Assembly (NCBI RefSeq): GCF_026571515.1 | Contig: NW_026853774.1 | Span: forward strand, 62,001 to 126,000 | Direction: 5' to 3' | From: Ruditapes philippinarum | Lineage: Eukaryota | DNA: 64,000 bases | In this document: positions 1 to 12,309 of the stretch, one piece after another | How the letters are laid out: each line of letters begins with the position of its first letter | Numbering within the stretch: position 1 is the stretch's first letter | The notes under the pieces: generated by a model | Databases searched by the model: none | What the model was told of the DNA's origin: nothing | The model's input: the letters and a program-made list of their open reading frames with translations, nothing else | Translations under genes and position numbers: made by a program

Positions 1-388
1 AAAGATTAAAACCAATATAAAAACAAAACAAATTAATTTCTCGCACCTGCTCAGGCATGCTAATATTTATCGGGTTGCCCAAATGGGACCCATATGGGTC
101 CCTCATGGCTTGTATATATGTTAATGCTACGATTTTTATATAAGATAATAGCAATTAATGCCAAGGTGGGCACACTATAGCTCAAAGTAAACGAGTTTTA
201 AAGAAATAAATAAACGAAAAATCGTTTTTCCTTAAAGTGCTGTAATATGGGACCCATATGGGTCCAATATGGGCGTACCCAAATGGACTTGCCCATATTG
301 GTCCCATATAGGTCCAATATGGGCATACCCATATGGGCTTGCCTAGATATAGCCCATATGGGTCCCATATATGCATGTTTGCTGGGTA
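1..388. mobile_element. Right end of a MITE with internal CCCATATGGG palindromic repeats
   Basis: Many cccatatggg/gggacccata units at 76-101 and 247-370; terminus GTTTGCTGGG followed by TA; left end not identified in the window. Confidence 0.6.
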
Positions 389-1119
389 CAGCTTCCACCA
401 AGAATAGTGGGAATTATCAGCTGACTTAGGTCCAGGTTTTAATTCAACATCTGACGATTGTGTGATAAGTAGGCAATGTAGAAAACAAGGGAGGCTTTCC
501 GTTGACAGAGAACTCTTCGAGGCGGGGTTTTAAGTCTAATGCTGTTTAAAATATACATGGTTGGGCTTCATTTGCACTAATCTAATCATAAGGAATATGG
601 TCGGTGGTCAGGGACTTAAAATTAGAAGAAACAGATGATATAAGCATGTCTTCTCAAAGTGCCTTCGCTTATGTTGTCAGACTGGCAGCTTTGTCGGCAT
701 TGGTGTTTAAGTGAAAGTGGTGTAACTAGAGAGAAAACTGACTGAAATTGTTTGTTAAGAATGATTGATTATGTTAAGAGAGTAATACTGTATTGTTTTC
801 TTATGAAAATTGAATATATCTTTTAGTCTCTAGAATAATTAGCCTTGTGATAGGCAGAAAATTTTAAAGAATATGGGTAGTCCTCTTTGAAGCAAAACAT
901 TAACGCTTCAACTCAAATATAACAAGCTCTTTTCATTTTTTTGTGCCAGGTATGTCATTCTCTTAAAAAGGTCACATCTTTAGCATGAAAAACTCATTTT
1001 GAGACCAGTTTTCATGATGTAAGTCTATTGAAAAATCAAAATAGTGGCTTGACCTAAAATAGTACCGCGGAACCTATTTCTTCATTTTTACACGGAAAGG
1101 AACGGCAAAAAGTATCAGA

Positions 1120-1129
1120 CGCATGCGCA
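1120..1129 (+). promoter_or_regulatory. NRF1-like palindromic motif (CGCATGCGCA) in the putative proximal promoter
   Basis: gaCGCATGCGCAc about 180 bp upstream of the ATG in a locally CpG-richer patch; the start codon sits in a YY1-like aaATGGCG context. Confidence 0.5.
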
Positions 1130-1306
1130 CACAGTTCTTCCTGTGCGGACGATACAAATACAAACAAACTTTAAAATTAGAAAACAACCCAATTAATTGA
1201 ATTCATTGACTCTCTTACTGAGATCGTAAATGACAGTGATTGCAAAATTATTATTTAATATGATTTAAATAATTATTATCAAAACTGTGTTAATGAAGTC
1301 ATTGAA

Positions 1307-1493
1307 ATGGCGACATCAGCTGGATTTTCAATCGCGACTTCGCCACCAGAAGTGATTAGCGGGGCTTCAAGTCCAAGTAAAGCAGGGAGATTAAATAATT
1401 CTCGCAAACCACCTACAGCTGCTCAGTTACTTGAGCAGATAAGACAGTTAGAGGCTGAAGGACATAAGCTGAGGTCTGAGGCTGCTGGATCAG
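1307..1493 (+). CDS. CCDC158: CCDC158-like exon 1 (MATSAGF...SEAAGS)
   Basis: ATG 1307, open frame, donor CAG|gtaaaa, phase 1. Confidence 0.8.
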
Positions 1494-2387
1494 GTAAAAG
1501 ACATTTGCAAAATTGTTGACAAAACATGATTGGACTTGTTTCAGTTTTGAAAAATTGAGTTTTTTTTGTTTACATAGATCTTATAAGAATAACAAACTTG
1601 TTTTTATGCTGCTACAAGTGGAAATTTTTAAGAAGTTTGTCATGAGAATGTATGACACAGATTAAATAAAACAGATGAATTTTCATCTTACTTTCTTATC
1701 TAAAAATTGCCAAAACAGATACTGTATGATAATGATGTGTCCAATTCATTCCCTATCTTCTATCTATCTTCCTTATAGTCATACCCCTGCTGGGGACCTA
1801 GACCTACCCCACAAACTTATCTCAGTTGAATAACACTCATTTTGAATAATCTTAAACCAGTATTTGAAGTACTGGCTTCAAATTTCTACTCGTCCTGCAT
1901 GCTTTGCTACTCGTCCTGCATTTTTGCCTCGATTTTCAAGATAGACTTCGCCGATGCAAAAGTACAAATAAAACAACTCATAAGCATAAAAAACAAGGAC
2001 ATTCTAACTTAAAACTATTAATTACATATATACAATGTACTTTGTATCATGTAAATATGTTATGCTTATCAATATATTTATCAAGTTGTTACTGTAAAAG
2101 TTTGTATGTACCCTGGGATGACATTTTCCAAGTTCAGGAGTATGTCTATTATAATAGTTTATGCTTCAAAAGATGGTCATTTCAGATTTCTATTTTTAAC
2201 GAGACAAAAAATCCTCTTCTGTAGGATGCCTCTGTGGTAGTCAGCTGATTTCTGGGATAGAGATCCAGGACATTTTACCATATATGACAACTAAGAATAG
2301 AGTTCAGTTATCTTCTGACTTCATAATTGCTTCATTGTAATATAAAAAAAGTAATTTCATTTGCTTGTTTAATTATTATATTTTCAG

Positions 2388-2446
2388 GATCACTGAATTT
2401 CAGTACTCTTGCGGATCTGAATTTATCAAACAATAACACATCAGAG
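2388..2446 (+). CDS. CCDC158: CCDC158-like exon 2 (GSLNFSTLADLNLSNNNTSE)
   Basis: ttttcag| ... GAG|gtatga; phase 1 to 0. Confidence 0.75.
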
Positions 2447-2936
2447 GTATGATTTCATTTACACTTTATTATTAGTAACTAAATTTGACCATTGAAGTAA
2501 TTTGTGCAGTGAACATTTAAGGTATTTAAAATAGTAATCAACAAAATAGTTTATTTTAAATTTTGTTTTAGTTGCAAACATGCATAAGATTATGCTTTAC
2601 CATTATCTTGATGAACTCATTCAATTGACCATTAAATTCTTATTTTAATTTAGAACAAATTTCAATGTATTCAATAGTGTTGCACTCCAGCAGTTAGATG
2701 TGTGTACTAGGGTCACATATGGATGTGCAAGCTGGCCTGAATATACTGGTGACTGATCTGTTATCATTGTTTTTATTTTTTTATAAGACTTTGAAACTGT
2801 GTACTGATTCAAATGATTGATGTTGTGCATAATAAGGAGTTTTGTTATGTGTGACTATGTATTCATTTCTTGTTTTAATGTATAGATGCATACATTTTAT
2901 TTGAGTAGTTTAACATTATCAACAATTAATTTACAG

Positions 2937-3022
2937 CTTCCAAAATTTACATCAACATCACCATCATCACTGTCAGCATTAGTAGATTACTCTGCCGAGC
3001 AGAAAACTATCTCTGACCTCAG
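2937..3022 (+). CDS. CCDC158: CCDC158-like exon 3 (LPKFTSTS...KTISDLR)
   Basis: ttacag| ... AG|gtaaat; phase 0 to 2. Confidence 0.8.
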
Positions 3023-3074
3023 GTAAATAACACTTTGACATAACTTTAATACATGTAGGTAATTTACTCAACAG

Positions 3075-3220
3075 GGGTATCCATGACCAAGTGGTTAGAT
3101 CATTCACTTCAAAGGATCTGCGCTAGCTTCTTTGGATTTAATTTTCATGTGAGCAAGCAATCCTGCTAGCTTACGGAACGGAATGTGGGTTGTTCTACTC
3201 GGGTGCTCAGATGTTTGTAA
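3075..3220 (+). mobile_element. Decayed tRNA-derived SINE
   Basis: A-box-like accaagtggttaga, then core gctagcttacggaac...gttctactcgggtgc shared with the copies at 9760 and 19173. Confidence 0.55.
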
Positions 3221-3479
3221 TTATTATTAAATCACTGAAGGAAAGAGAAACAACAAAGAAAGAACCAAGAGAAAAACCAACAAAATATTTCCTTGACAAT
3301 GATAACTGGAGGAAAAAAACCTATCTAGGTCATTTTGAATGTTCATTTCATTATAAAAAACACATATTTTTCCGATGAGGTTAGTAATTTTAGAGAGAAA
3401 TGTTTTTTAAGCTTAGTTACAAATAGATAGAACTACATAAGACTAAAGACAGAATTCTGTGTATGATATTTTATTACAG

Positions 3480-3698
3480 GTTACAGCTTGAAAGGCAGCG
3501 TAAAGAGACAGAAAAATTAAATACTCAATTGATCAGTGATGGATTTTCCACTAGTACATCTCGTGCTGGAACTGTCCTTCATATGCCCAGTAGTCCTTCC
3601 AAAACTGGTTTCTCCACATTGCCATCAACAGAATTGTTTAGCTCCCGGAGACCAGCTAGTGTGACAGGAGCCATAGGTCATATGGAGACCACACCTCC
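3480..3698 (+). CDS. CCDC158: CCDC158-like exon 4 (LQLERQRKETEKL...METTPP)
   Basis: ttacag| ... CC|gtatgt; phase 2 to 2; overlaps ORF 3463..3753. Confidence 0.85.
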
Positions 3699-4158
3699 GT
3701 ATGTTGACTTCTTATATTATCATATATTATCATGGCCCCTGTTCAATAATTAATAACAGTCTTGTTTATATGTTTGAATTTACGGTTAGCTGATTAAAAA
3801 ACAGATCTGAACTTAGCCATGACTACAGTTTACCAGGTAGTCATTGTTGTATTGTAAACTAATTGCTCCTAAAATAAATGACAATGTTTTGCAGATCACT
3901 TAAAAGCAGATTAAGAAAGCTTGATTTATTTGCTTGTTATCTTAAGAGCTCTATTTCTAGGATTAGTATTGTGATTTGTATTTAGATGTCTAAAATTTAT
4001 AATTTCAATTTAGATTTATTTACAGGCACCTTCACTTGAAGTTTGGTTTATAATAGGCTCAATGTTAAAATGAAACACTTAATTGTACAAAGAATAATTT
4101 CAGAATAATGAGGTAATAGATGTTGAAACATTAATGGAAGAAAATTGAATAATTTCAG

Positions 4159-4228
4159 GTCTCATTTGGAAAAAGCTTTAAAAGATTCACAAGAACAAGT
4201 GACTGATCTACGTCGAAGACTGGTTGAG
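4159..4228 (+). CDS. CCDC158: CCDC158-like exon 5 (SHLEKALKDSQEQVTDLRRRLVE)
   Basis: tttcag| ... GAG|gtaaga; matches the CCDC158 N-terminal conserved block. Confidence 0.92.
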
Positions 4229-4754
4229 GTAAGAATTAGTTTACAAATAGCTTAATCACTTTAATTACAATATTGTCCTGTCTATCCAGTAGTATTGCCT
4301 CCAATTAACCACTAGGCCATTGCTGCCTGTCAATGTATGCAATTATGTTTTTTAGAATTTGATCAGTTTAATGACTAAGCTAGACAACACAGATGTTTAA
4401 TCAAGTCTTAATTAAACAAATTCTTTTTTTTGTAGCTCAACTGTTTGAAGAATAGTTTGCATGAGACTATCCTTGTTCTGGTGTTTGCATCATTTTGTAA
4501 AAGTTTTAAAGGCATCTTCACATTTCATTTTAAGAATTTCAAGATTAATTCTAACAGGAAACTTGAAACATTTCTTTTGGATCATAATTAATTACTTTAA
4601 AATGCCTATAGCTACAGAATGGAATTTTTTCTGGGTTATATCTTGGCATTGCCCTTGTTTTTATTAACATTCTGTGAGAAAAATAGTGTGTTGTCTTTGT
4701 GACGGACACATGTTTGTACCTCTGTTACTACATGTATGTTGTCATATCTGACAG

Positions 4755-4864
4755 GCTAATGAGCAGAGTGAATCAGAGAAACGTCAGTTCAGACTAACAG
4801 TCGAGGAATTAAAAGCCAAACTTCATGATACAATGGCTAACAGAGATTCCCTGTTAGAACTAAG
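4755..4864 (+). CDS. CCDC158: CCDC158-like exon 6 (ANEQSESEKRQF...DSLLELR)
   Basis: gacag| ... AG|gtaaga; phase 0 to 2. Confidence 0.9.
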
Positions 4865-5174
4865 GTAAGACATGTTTAAATATAATTGTAAATATAGGTT
4901 CTCTGTAAAAATGGATGACAGAAATTGAAACTTAATTCAAATAAGATTTTAATAGCACCATAGTTCCATTAATTGCACACTGAAGTTACTGAATTCTTTT
5001 CTGATCTATTTATTTGTTTATACGGAAAGCAAGATAATGCTTGATTTCATCAGGTAATTTTCTGTTATAACACTGTATGATGCCATTTAGTTTAAATGTA
5101 AGCAATATTGTTTGAAACTATTACAACTTTTTTAAATGATTTGATTTGTTGATTTTAAGATTATTTATTTTCAG

Positions 5175-5265
5175 ACAAAAAGAGTCAGTTAGTTTAGAAA
5201 GTAAAGTTTCAGAGCAGAATTCTACAATCAGAGATTTACAACACAAACTGAAGGTACAGGAACAG
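5175..5265 (+). CDS. CCDC158: CCDC158-like exon 7 (QKESVSLE...KVQEQ)
   Basis: tttcag| ... CAG|gtaatt; phase 2 to 0. Confidence 0.88.
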
Positions 5266-5929
5266 GTAATTACATTATTAGGTTAAATTCCTGTCATCTT
5301 AATGATTTTAAAGGAACTCCACTGAAGTTTATAAGCCTAAAAACATAAAATTTTAATTTCTCACAAATATCTCAAATAACTTAAAACAGAAATATAATTA
5401 TATAAAATATAACCATAAAATATACTCAGAAATACATTGAAAATGTTTGTGCTATTCTTTGTCTGATTTGAGTGCAAAGCGTTGCAATGCTTATCAAATT
5501 TGTTAAAATGATATTGCACAGCTGTGTAATTATTTTGACGTGAAGTCATTTGTGTTATACAAACATAGTGTAAAGACGCCCTAAATGTTAGAGTTAAACT
5601 GTAAATGCTTTATTGAAAAATGATTCTTTTTCACTTTAAACACAATTTTGGATATGTGATAAATATAATATCATATTTGTGTAAGATCAATACTACATGT
5701 ATAAAACTTGTTGAATAAAATAATATTATGCTCGCCAGAGGCTTTCACAATATTATATGTTATTTTGGTTTTGGAGTGATATATGTGGATATATTACCTG
5801 TTAAGATTTTATATCACCCGAGCCTAACGGCTCGGGTGATATTTTATCTTGGCAGGTAATATATCCACATATATCACTCCAAAACCAAAATAATAATTTT
5901 ATTACCCTTCCCCTGCCGAGTTTAGACAA

Positions 5930-8235
5930 TTTTTAGCTCGACTTTTTTTTTTGAAAAAAAAATAGAGGTATTGCTACAGTCAGGTCGGCGTTGCCGTTGC
6001 CGTTGCCGTTGCCGTCCGAAAACTTGTACCTGGATCATAACTTTTTTATTTCTTTGTGTATTGTCTTCATACTTGGCCACAACAACCCTTGGGACAAGAC
6101 CTTTCAGTAGACCACACTAACCTTGACCTTCATCCATAAATGACCTTGACCTTCAAGGTTAAAAGTCCAATTTTTGCTTGTTCATGCTGTTATTGGCTGT
6201 AACTTTGTTATTTTTGAATGGATTGTCTTCAAACTTGAACATAATAATCTTTAAGGATATCCCTTAAAAATAACCAGCCAGACCTTGACCTTCACTCATA
6301 AATGACCTTGACTTTGAAGGTCAAATTATTGAAATTTTCATTTTTTTGGCTTTTATTGGCTGTAAGTTTGTTATTTTTGAATGAATTGTCCTGAAACTTG
6401 AACATAATAATCTTCAAAGATTACTGTTAAAGATATACCGGAAGACCTTGACCTTCACACATTAATGACATTGTCTTTGAAGGTCAAATTATTGAAATTT
6501 TCATTGTTTTGGCGGTCACTGACTGTAACTTTGCTATTATTGAAGGGATCAACTTCATATTATTAGAGAACATTCTTAAGGACCAGACCTTGTTGTTTAT
6601 CAAACCCAACTTTGCTTGGGCTCTTAAATGACCTTGACCTTGAAGGTTAAATTACTGAATTTTCTCAGATTTGTGCAGTAAATGACCATATTTAAATATT
6701 TATTGGTGTGTGTGTGTCTATATATATATATTTACAACAACAACAACAATAACTAAAATTGTGTCATTGTTTCTATTTATAGAATTGCGTCATTGTTTCT
6801 ATTTATAGAATTGCGTCATTGTTTCTATTTAGAGAAATTGGGTCATTGTTTTTTTGGGTTTTTTTTATAGAAATGCGTCATTGTTTCTATTTTTAGAGAT
6901 TGCATCATTTTTTCTATTTTTAGAAATTGCATCATAATTTCTATTTTTAGAAATTGCATCATTTTTTTCTATTTTTAGATATTGCGTCATAATTTCTATT
7001 TTTAGTATTTTTAGAGATTGCATCATTTTTTCTATTTTTAGAAATTGTGTCATAATTTCTATTTTTAGAAATTGCGTCATAATTTCTATTTTTAGAAATT
7101 GCGTCATTGGTGCTATTTTTAGATATTGCGTCATTTTTTCTATTTTTAGAAATTGCGTCATAATTTCTATTTTTAGTATTTTTAGAGATTGCATCATTTT
7201 TTCTATTTTTAGAAATTGCATCATTGGTGCTATTTTTAGATATTGCGTCATTGGTGCTATTTTTAGAAATTGCGTCATAATTTCTATTTTTAGTATTTTT
7301 AGAGATTGCATCATTTTTGCTATTTTTAGAAATTGCGTCATAATTTCTGTTTTTAGAAATTGCATCATTGGTGCTATTTTTAGAATTTGCGTCATTGTTG
7401 CTATTTTTAGAAAATGCGTCATTGTTTCTAATTTTAGAAATTGCGTCATTTTTTCTATTTTTAGAAATTGCGTCATAATTTCTATTTTTAGAAATTGCGT
7501 CATTGGTGCTATTTTTAGAAATTGCGTCATTTTTTCTATTTTTAGAAATTGCGTCATAATTTCTATTTTTAGAAATTGCGTCATTTTTTCTATTTTTAGA
7601 AATTGCGTCATTGGTGCTATTTTTAGAAATTGCGTCATTTTTTAGAAATTGCGTCATAATTTCTATTTTTAGAAATTGCGTCATAATTTCTATTTTTAGA
7701 AATTGCGTCATTGGTGCTATTTTTAGAAATTGCGTCATTTTTTCTACTTTTAGAAATTGCGTCATAATTTCTATTTTTAGATATTGCGTCATAATTTCTA
7801 TTTTAGTATATCTAGAAATTGCGTCATTTTTTTCTTTTTTTAGAAATTGCTTCATTTTTTCTATTTTTAGAAATTGCGTCAATTTTTCTATTTTTAGAAA
7901 TTGCATCATTGTTGCTATTTTTAGAGATTGCATCACTTTTTTATTTTTAGAAATTATGTCATTTTTTGTATTTTTAGAAATTGCGTCATTTTTTCTATAT
8001 TGAGAAATTGCGTCATGTTGCTATTTTAAGAAATTGCGTACTGTTGCTATTTTTAGAAATATGCTTAATGTTTCTATTCATATATATACAAAATATATAA
8101 AGAAAACTAATGTGACAAGACAGACAAACTAAATTTATAAAAAGGAAACGTTAATATATGTTCAAACCTTTCTATGTTTGCGTTTAGAAAAAGTAAAAAG
8201 TCGAGCGTTGCCCCCGCCCGGCGGTGGCTCTTGTT
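5930..8235 (+). mobile_element. Helentron/HINE-type non-autonomous element carrying tandem repeats
   Basis: Inserted in a T-run; subTIR GCTCGACTTTT / AAAAGTCGAGC; (GCCGTT)n microsatellite; GACCTTGACCTT-containing internal repeats; 3' GC hairpin then CTCTTGTT. Confidence 0.8.
6755..8078. repeat. 27-bp minisatellite (~48 units; consensus TTTTAGAAATTGCGTCATAATTTCTAT)
   Basis: Directly visible; occasional 36-bp variants with an extra TTTTAGTAT; explains the repetitive ORFs at 6865-8003. Confidence 0.97.
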
Positions 8236-8777
8236 TAAAAAATCATTGTTGTTTCAAATGAAACGTCGAAATAAGATTCCCTTCAGGATACCTCTTCGTC
8301 ACAACATGACGTCACATAAATACATGACGTATTTTTCCCGTACCTTACGAAAGTAAACAAGAGAAAAGGAGTAGTCTATTGAACGCACTTTTTTGTAATT
8401 AATATCAAGCTTTCACAAGGTCATATTTGTTTTTGATACTGATTGTAATATGTATCATTACTCTACTTTGGTAAATATTTATCATTTGACAGTTAAAAAG
8501 TGCTTTTAAATCGGAATTTACACCGCGTAAAATCTAACCGTACGCGCATCACCTCAGCGCATGTTGTTTACAACGTTGGGTACCAAACGGGGAAATTTAG
8601 TGTGTATATTACCCGTCTGGCTCGGTTATATCAATTTATTTCTGGTGATCAGTATCCAATCAAAAAGGCGGAAAAAATCTGGAAGGGTAATAAAACTTTA
8701 TTCAACTTGTACAATAAATTCATATTGGATTACCCTCATTTAATGTCTTCTATTTAATGTAATGTAACATATTATAG

Positions 8778-9014
8778 ACACTAGCTGAGACTAGCAAGAA
8801 GGCTGATGGTATATCTAGAGAGAATTTTGTATCGGAGACAACGTTGAACCAGGTCCGTATAATCCTCGTAGATGCGGAGAGACGTAGAGGCAAGCCATAC
8901 TTCGAGTCTGATCCAGCATCCAGTCAAACACCGTCCATGCTCGTACATACTTTAGAGAGATGTATACAAGAATTACTCAAAGATATTGAAATCAAGAAGT
9001 GTAAACTCAATGAG
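8778..9014 (+). CDS. CCDC158: CCDC158-like exon 8 (TLAETSKK...QVRIILVDAERRRGKP...CKLNE)
   Basis: ttatag| ... GAG|gtgtgt; 79 codons, phase 0 to 0. Confidence 0.9.
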
Positions 9015-9354
9015 GTGTGTTAAATTTTGTTTTGTATTTGTTACTAATTAAATATGATATATCAACAATCTGTCCATATGCTGGTTTTTCACCTAAAATT
9101 AAAAATATAGACCAAGGATGCATAGGAAAAAGTATTTCAGTATAAAGGATTCTTTGATCTTGATAATCTGCAGTTAAATGAGACAAAATGCTATGTTTAT
9201 CATTTGACTTTTTGATTCTTCTAAAAAAAGTTCAGATTTACTTTTTCTGTTTAGAAAAGCTTCATTTGAACACCTAATCAGTTGTTGTTAAAATTCATTA
9301 ATTACAACATGTTTGCATTGATAAGAAGAAATAATGTATACAATTTTCCTGTAG

Positions 9355-9431
9355 CTGGAGCGTGATGTATCTGAGATGAAGTCAAGTCAAACAAGTGATC
9401 ACCAGAATATATCACATGAATACCAACAAAA
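9355..9431 (+). CDS. CCDC158: CCDC158-like exon 9 (LERDVSEMK...EYQQK)
   Basis: cctgtag| ... AA|gtaagt; phase 0 to 2. Confidence 0.88.
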
Positions 9432-9539
9432 GTAAGTGGTCTCTTTTAGTATGTAGCAAATGCTTGAATAAAATATATCATAGAATGAAATTCTGCAACA
9501 ACAATGTAGCATAAAAAATATAGAATACAAGGCTCAATC

Positions 9540-9927
9540 AAGTCACTTGGCTCTCCCTTTTGTTTTAAATCCTGCCAGGGACTTTACATTCTATTACTTG
9601 AGGAAACCACCCACTCGGATGCCTGTTTGAGTCTGAAATAATGTACATAGGGGCATCTGAGGTCTTCCTGCACCAGTAAAGATTGAAAGAATTCATATGA
9701 CCTACACAGTGTTGGTCAGATTTAAAACTCTAAACCAGTAAAGTCATTTTAGGGAGCTATAAAGCTAGCGTACGGAACATCGCTGGTTCTACTCAGGTGC
9801 CCGTTCAGGCCCAAAATAATGCACGGAAGGGCACCTGAGGTCTTCCTCCACCAGTAAAGCTGGAATGTCGCCATATGACCTATACCATGTCGGTGTGACA
9901 TAAACCAAATCAATCAAACAAACAAAC
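9540..9927 (+). mobile_element. Two adjacent tRNA-SINE copies (probably mollusc Meta/MESC-type core)
   Basis: Core ggttctactcaggtgcccg...gaagggcacctgaggtcttcctccaccagtaaagctgg...atatgaccta; (CAAA)n tail at ~9905-9927. Confidence 0.75.
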
Positions 9928-11245
9928 TGTACCAGTAAAGGTTGAAAACTGCCAGAAAACATTTATTATGTTGATGTGACTGTTTATTCAGTAAAACAAA
10001 ATCTCAGCTGAAAATTTAGATAGTAATTGATAACTTAGATTTAAAGAGGAATAAATGGTGGTCATATAGCTTTATTGAAAGCAACAAGAGTTGTTTATCT
10101 TTGTTATAAACTGCAAGTATTTTACAGTGAAGATGAAACGGTGACTTTGTGCAAGCGGTAAATATTTTGTTATCATAAGTGTGATATATGTTTCTAATGT
10201 TGCTTCTACGTTGATTTCAGGGGGAAATTTTGTTCTTGACTCAAAACTAGAAAACTAGTTTAGATTTATGTGTTACTACTATTGACTTTAAAACTTAAGC
10301 TAACAGTGTTTGTTTAACAGCTTGAGTTATATTTAAGAATATTGAAAGGAAGGAACTCCATTGAGGTTTAAAAGCTTAAAAAGATAAAATTTGAAATTTT
10401 TGCTTAGAACAACTGGGTCACTTAAAATGGGAAAATATACAAAAGATTGTAAAGGACTATGTACAGAACTAAAAATTATTTTTGTATGCCTTTCTTAACC
10501 CATTTTTAGTTGAAAGCATTTAAAAGCTTTTCGTTTAAGGTCATTTGCTTAATTAGAATGGTTATTCTAGAGGTTTGATGAGGGAATGACCTGAAATTTT
10601 GCAAACAAGTTATTGGGACAGACCTTCCAACAATGTTTCACAAATTGTGATAAAATATTTCTAGTCCTATCATGACAACCTCATTGGAGACCTTTTAAAT
10701 TTTTATTTTGCTTTGTTACCCTTTATGTTTTGGTATTAACATTGTTAAAGAAATGATATTAACTGAGAAAAAAAAATGACTAAAGAAATGTGAATGCAAA
10801 GTAATATAAACTTTTTCAAAGTAGATATTTTGGTGTGATAAAAATGTAACATAATATATAGACAATTAAGCTATCATGCTTGTATTCCTTCTGTATTGCA
10901 TAAATTATTCCTTTGATTTTATATGAGATATTATTAATTTTGCTGTGTTAAAATATTTTCATCTTTATCATTTTGTTTTGTAAAACGATTTTCTAGCTTT
11001 TTCAGTTTGAGGTATAAATTCAATATATCCAGCTCTAATAAACTACTCGGGCTTTATCTCTTACCAGGAATAACAAATGGGGGCACCAAAGGTCTTGCTT
11101 TACCAGTTAAGCTAAAAATTCAGCATTATTCCTTTACAGTGCCTTTGACCATTCACCCCCAGAACCCATTTCCCCACATTATCCCCCACACACACTCATA
11201 CTCATTTAGAATCTTGTATAATTCTCTACATAATATGTATTACAG

Positions 11246-11356
11246 AATAACACAGATGACAGTAGATCATGAGAGACAGATGCAGCTAGCAAATGAGAGA
11301 GCCAGTAATGCTAGAAAACAGTCAGCTACTCTAGAATCACAACTCTCTGTTATACA
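11246..11356 (+). CDS. CCDC158: CCDC158-like exon 10 (ITQMTVDHE...QLSVIQ)
   Basis: ttacag| ... CA|gtatgt; phase 2 to 2. Confidence 0.9.
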
Positions 11357-11689
11357 GTATGTATACCTTTATCCTAAATCACAACTCTCTATTACATTTA
11401 TCCTTACTCGCATTTCTTACTACTATCGGGGTGTTACTGTAAACTTTCCTCAGTGTACATTACCGCAAACTTAAGACCAGTAACAATATACTTGTCTCCA
11501 ATCAAATACATGTATACCCAACCAATTACAGCATGTATTGTAGGCTTGATATTTAAGGGTTCATTCACCCTGTCAGGCTCTGAGAGTACAGACCCCAATA
11601 ACAGCAGTTCCAACATGAATTTATATATAATTCACAAAATTCTGTTTTACAATAAGGAAAAAATACTGTAACTTCAGAATGATGTTTAA

Positions 11690-12309
11690 TTATGTTTCCC
11701 AAATTTTTTGGGAGACATATTGTTTTTGCCTAAGCCGTCTGTCGGTCCGTCTGGTTGTCTGTCCGCATGAAGCTTGTCCGCCCTTCACAGGTCAAACTGC
11801 TGGCGGGATTTCAACCAAACTTTACAGGAGTGATCAGTACTATCCCTAGTTGTGCACTTTACTGGCACGTTCTGCTTTGTTGCACAAAATGGCCGCCAGA
11901 ACTAAAAATAGAAAAATCTTGTCCGGCCTTCACAGGTCAAACTACTGGTGGGATTTCAACCAAACTTTACAGGAGGAATCAGTACCATCCCTAGTTGTGC
12001 ATATCACCAAAATGTTCTGCTTCGCTTTACAAAATGGCTTCCAGAGCTAAAAATAGAAAATTCTTGTCCGGCCCTGACAGGTCAAAGTACTGGTGGGATT
12101 TCAACTAAATTTTACAGGAGTGATCAGTACCAGTTGTGCACAATATTGGCATGTTCTTTGCTGCACAAGATGACCGTCAGAGCTATAAAAAGAAAAATCT
12201 TGTTCGGATTTCACAGGTCAAGCTTCTAATGGGATTTCAATGATTTTCACATGAGTGACCATACATAGTTTTGGGAGACCTATGTTTTGTGACAAAAACC
12301 GTTCTAGTT
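11690..12309 (+). mobile_element. HINE-type element with ~3.3 x 145-bp internal repeats
   Basis: subTIR tgtttcccaaa / tttgggagac, (GTCY)n microsatellite, repeats starting at 11773, 11918, 12063, 12199; end TTCTAGTT. Confidence 0.8.

Larger units (their letters stand above)
5760..8695. mobile_element. Second element with a 134-bp palindrome (5760-5893) and 15-bp inverted repeats TTTTATTACCCTTCC (5897) / GGAAGGGTAATAAAA (8681)
   Basis: Near-perfect ~65-bp arms around loop TAAC; exact 15-bp inverted repeat pair; interrupted by the HINE at 5930-8235. Confidence 0.65.
5470..8755. mobile_element. Palindrome-containing non-autonomous element, split by nested insertions (outer element: 5470-5757 and 8697-8755)
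   Basis: The two halves rejoin to match the uninterrupted copy at 50894-51248 (atgatattgcac...gttgaataa...gctcgccagaggct...ttattcaacttgt...). Confidence 0.7.

Noticed and set aside
182-429. Overlapping ORFs rich in MGPIW/PYG
   Set aside because: Translation of the palindromic CCCATATGGG repeats of a MITE on both strands
6865-8003. Long ORFs (257, 325, 130 aa) with MTQFLKIEK/NDAISKNR repeats
   Set aside because: Artefact of a 27-bp (multiple of 3) minisatellite inside a non-autonomous transposon
11755-12229. Three overlapping ORFs
   Set aside because: Lie in the 145-bp repeats of a HINE; no splice context or protein similarity
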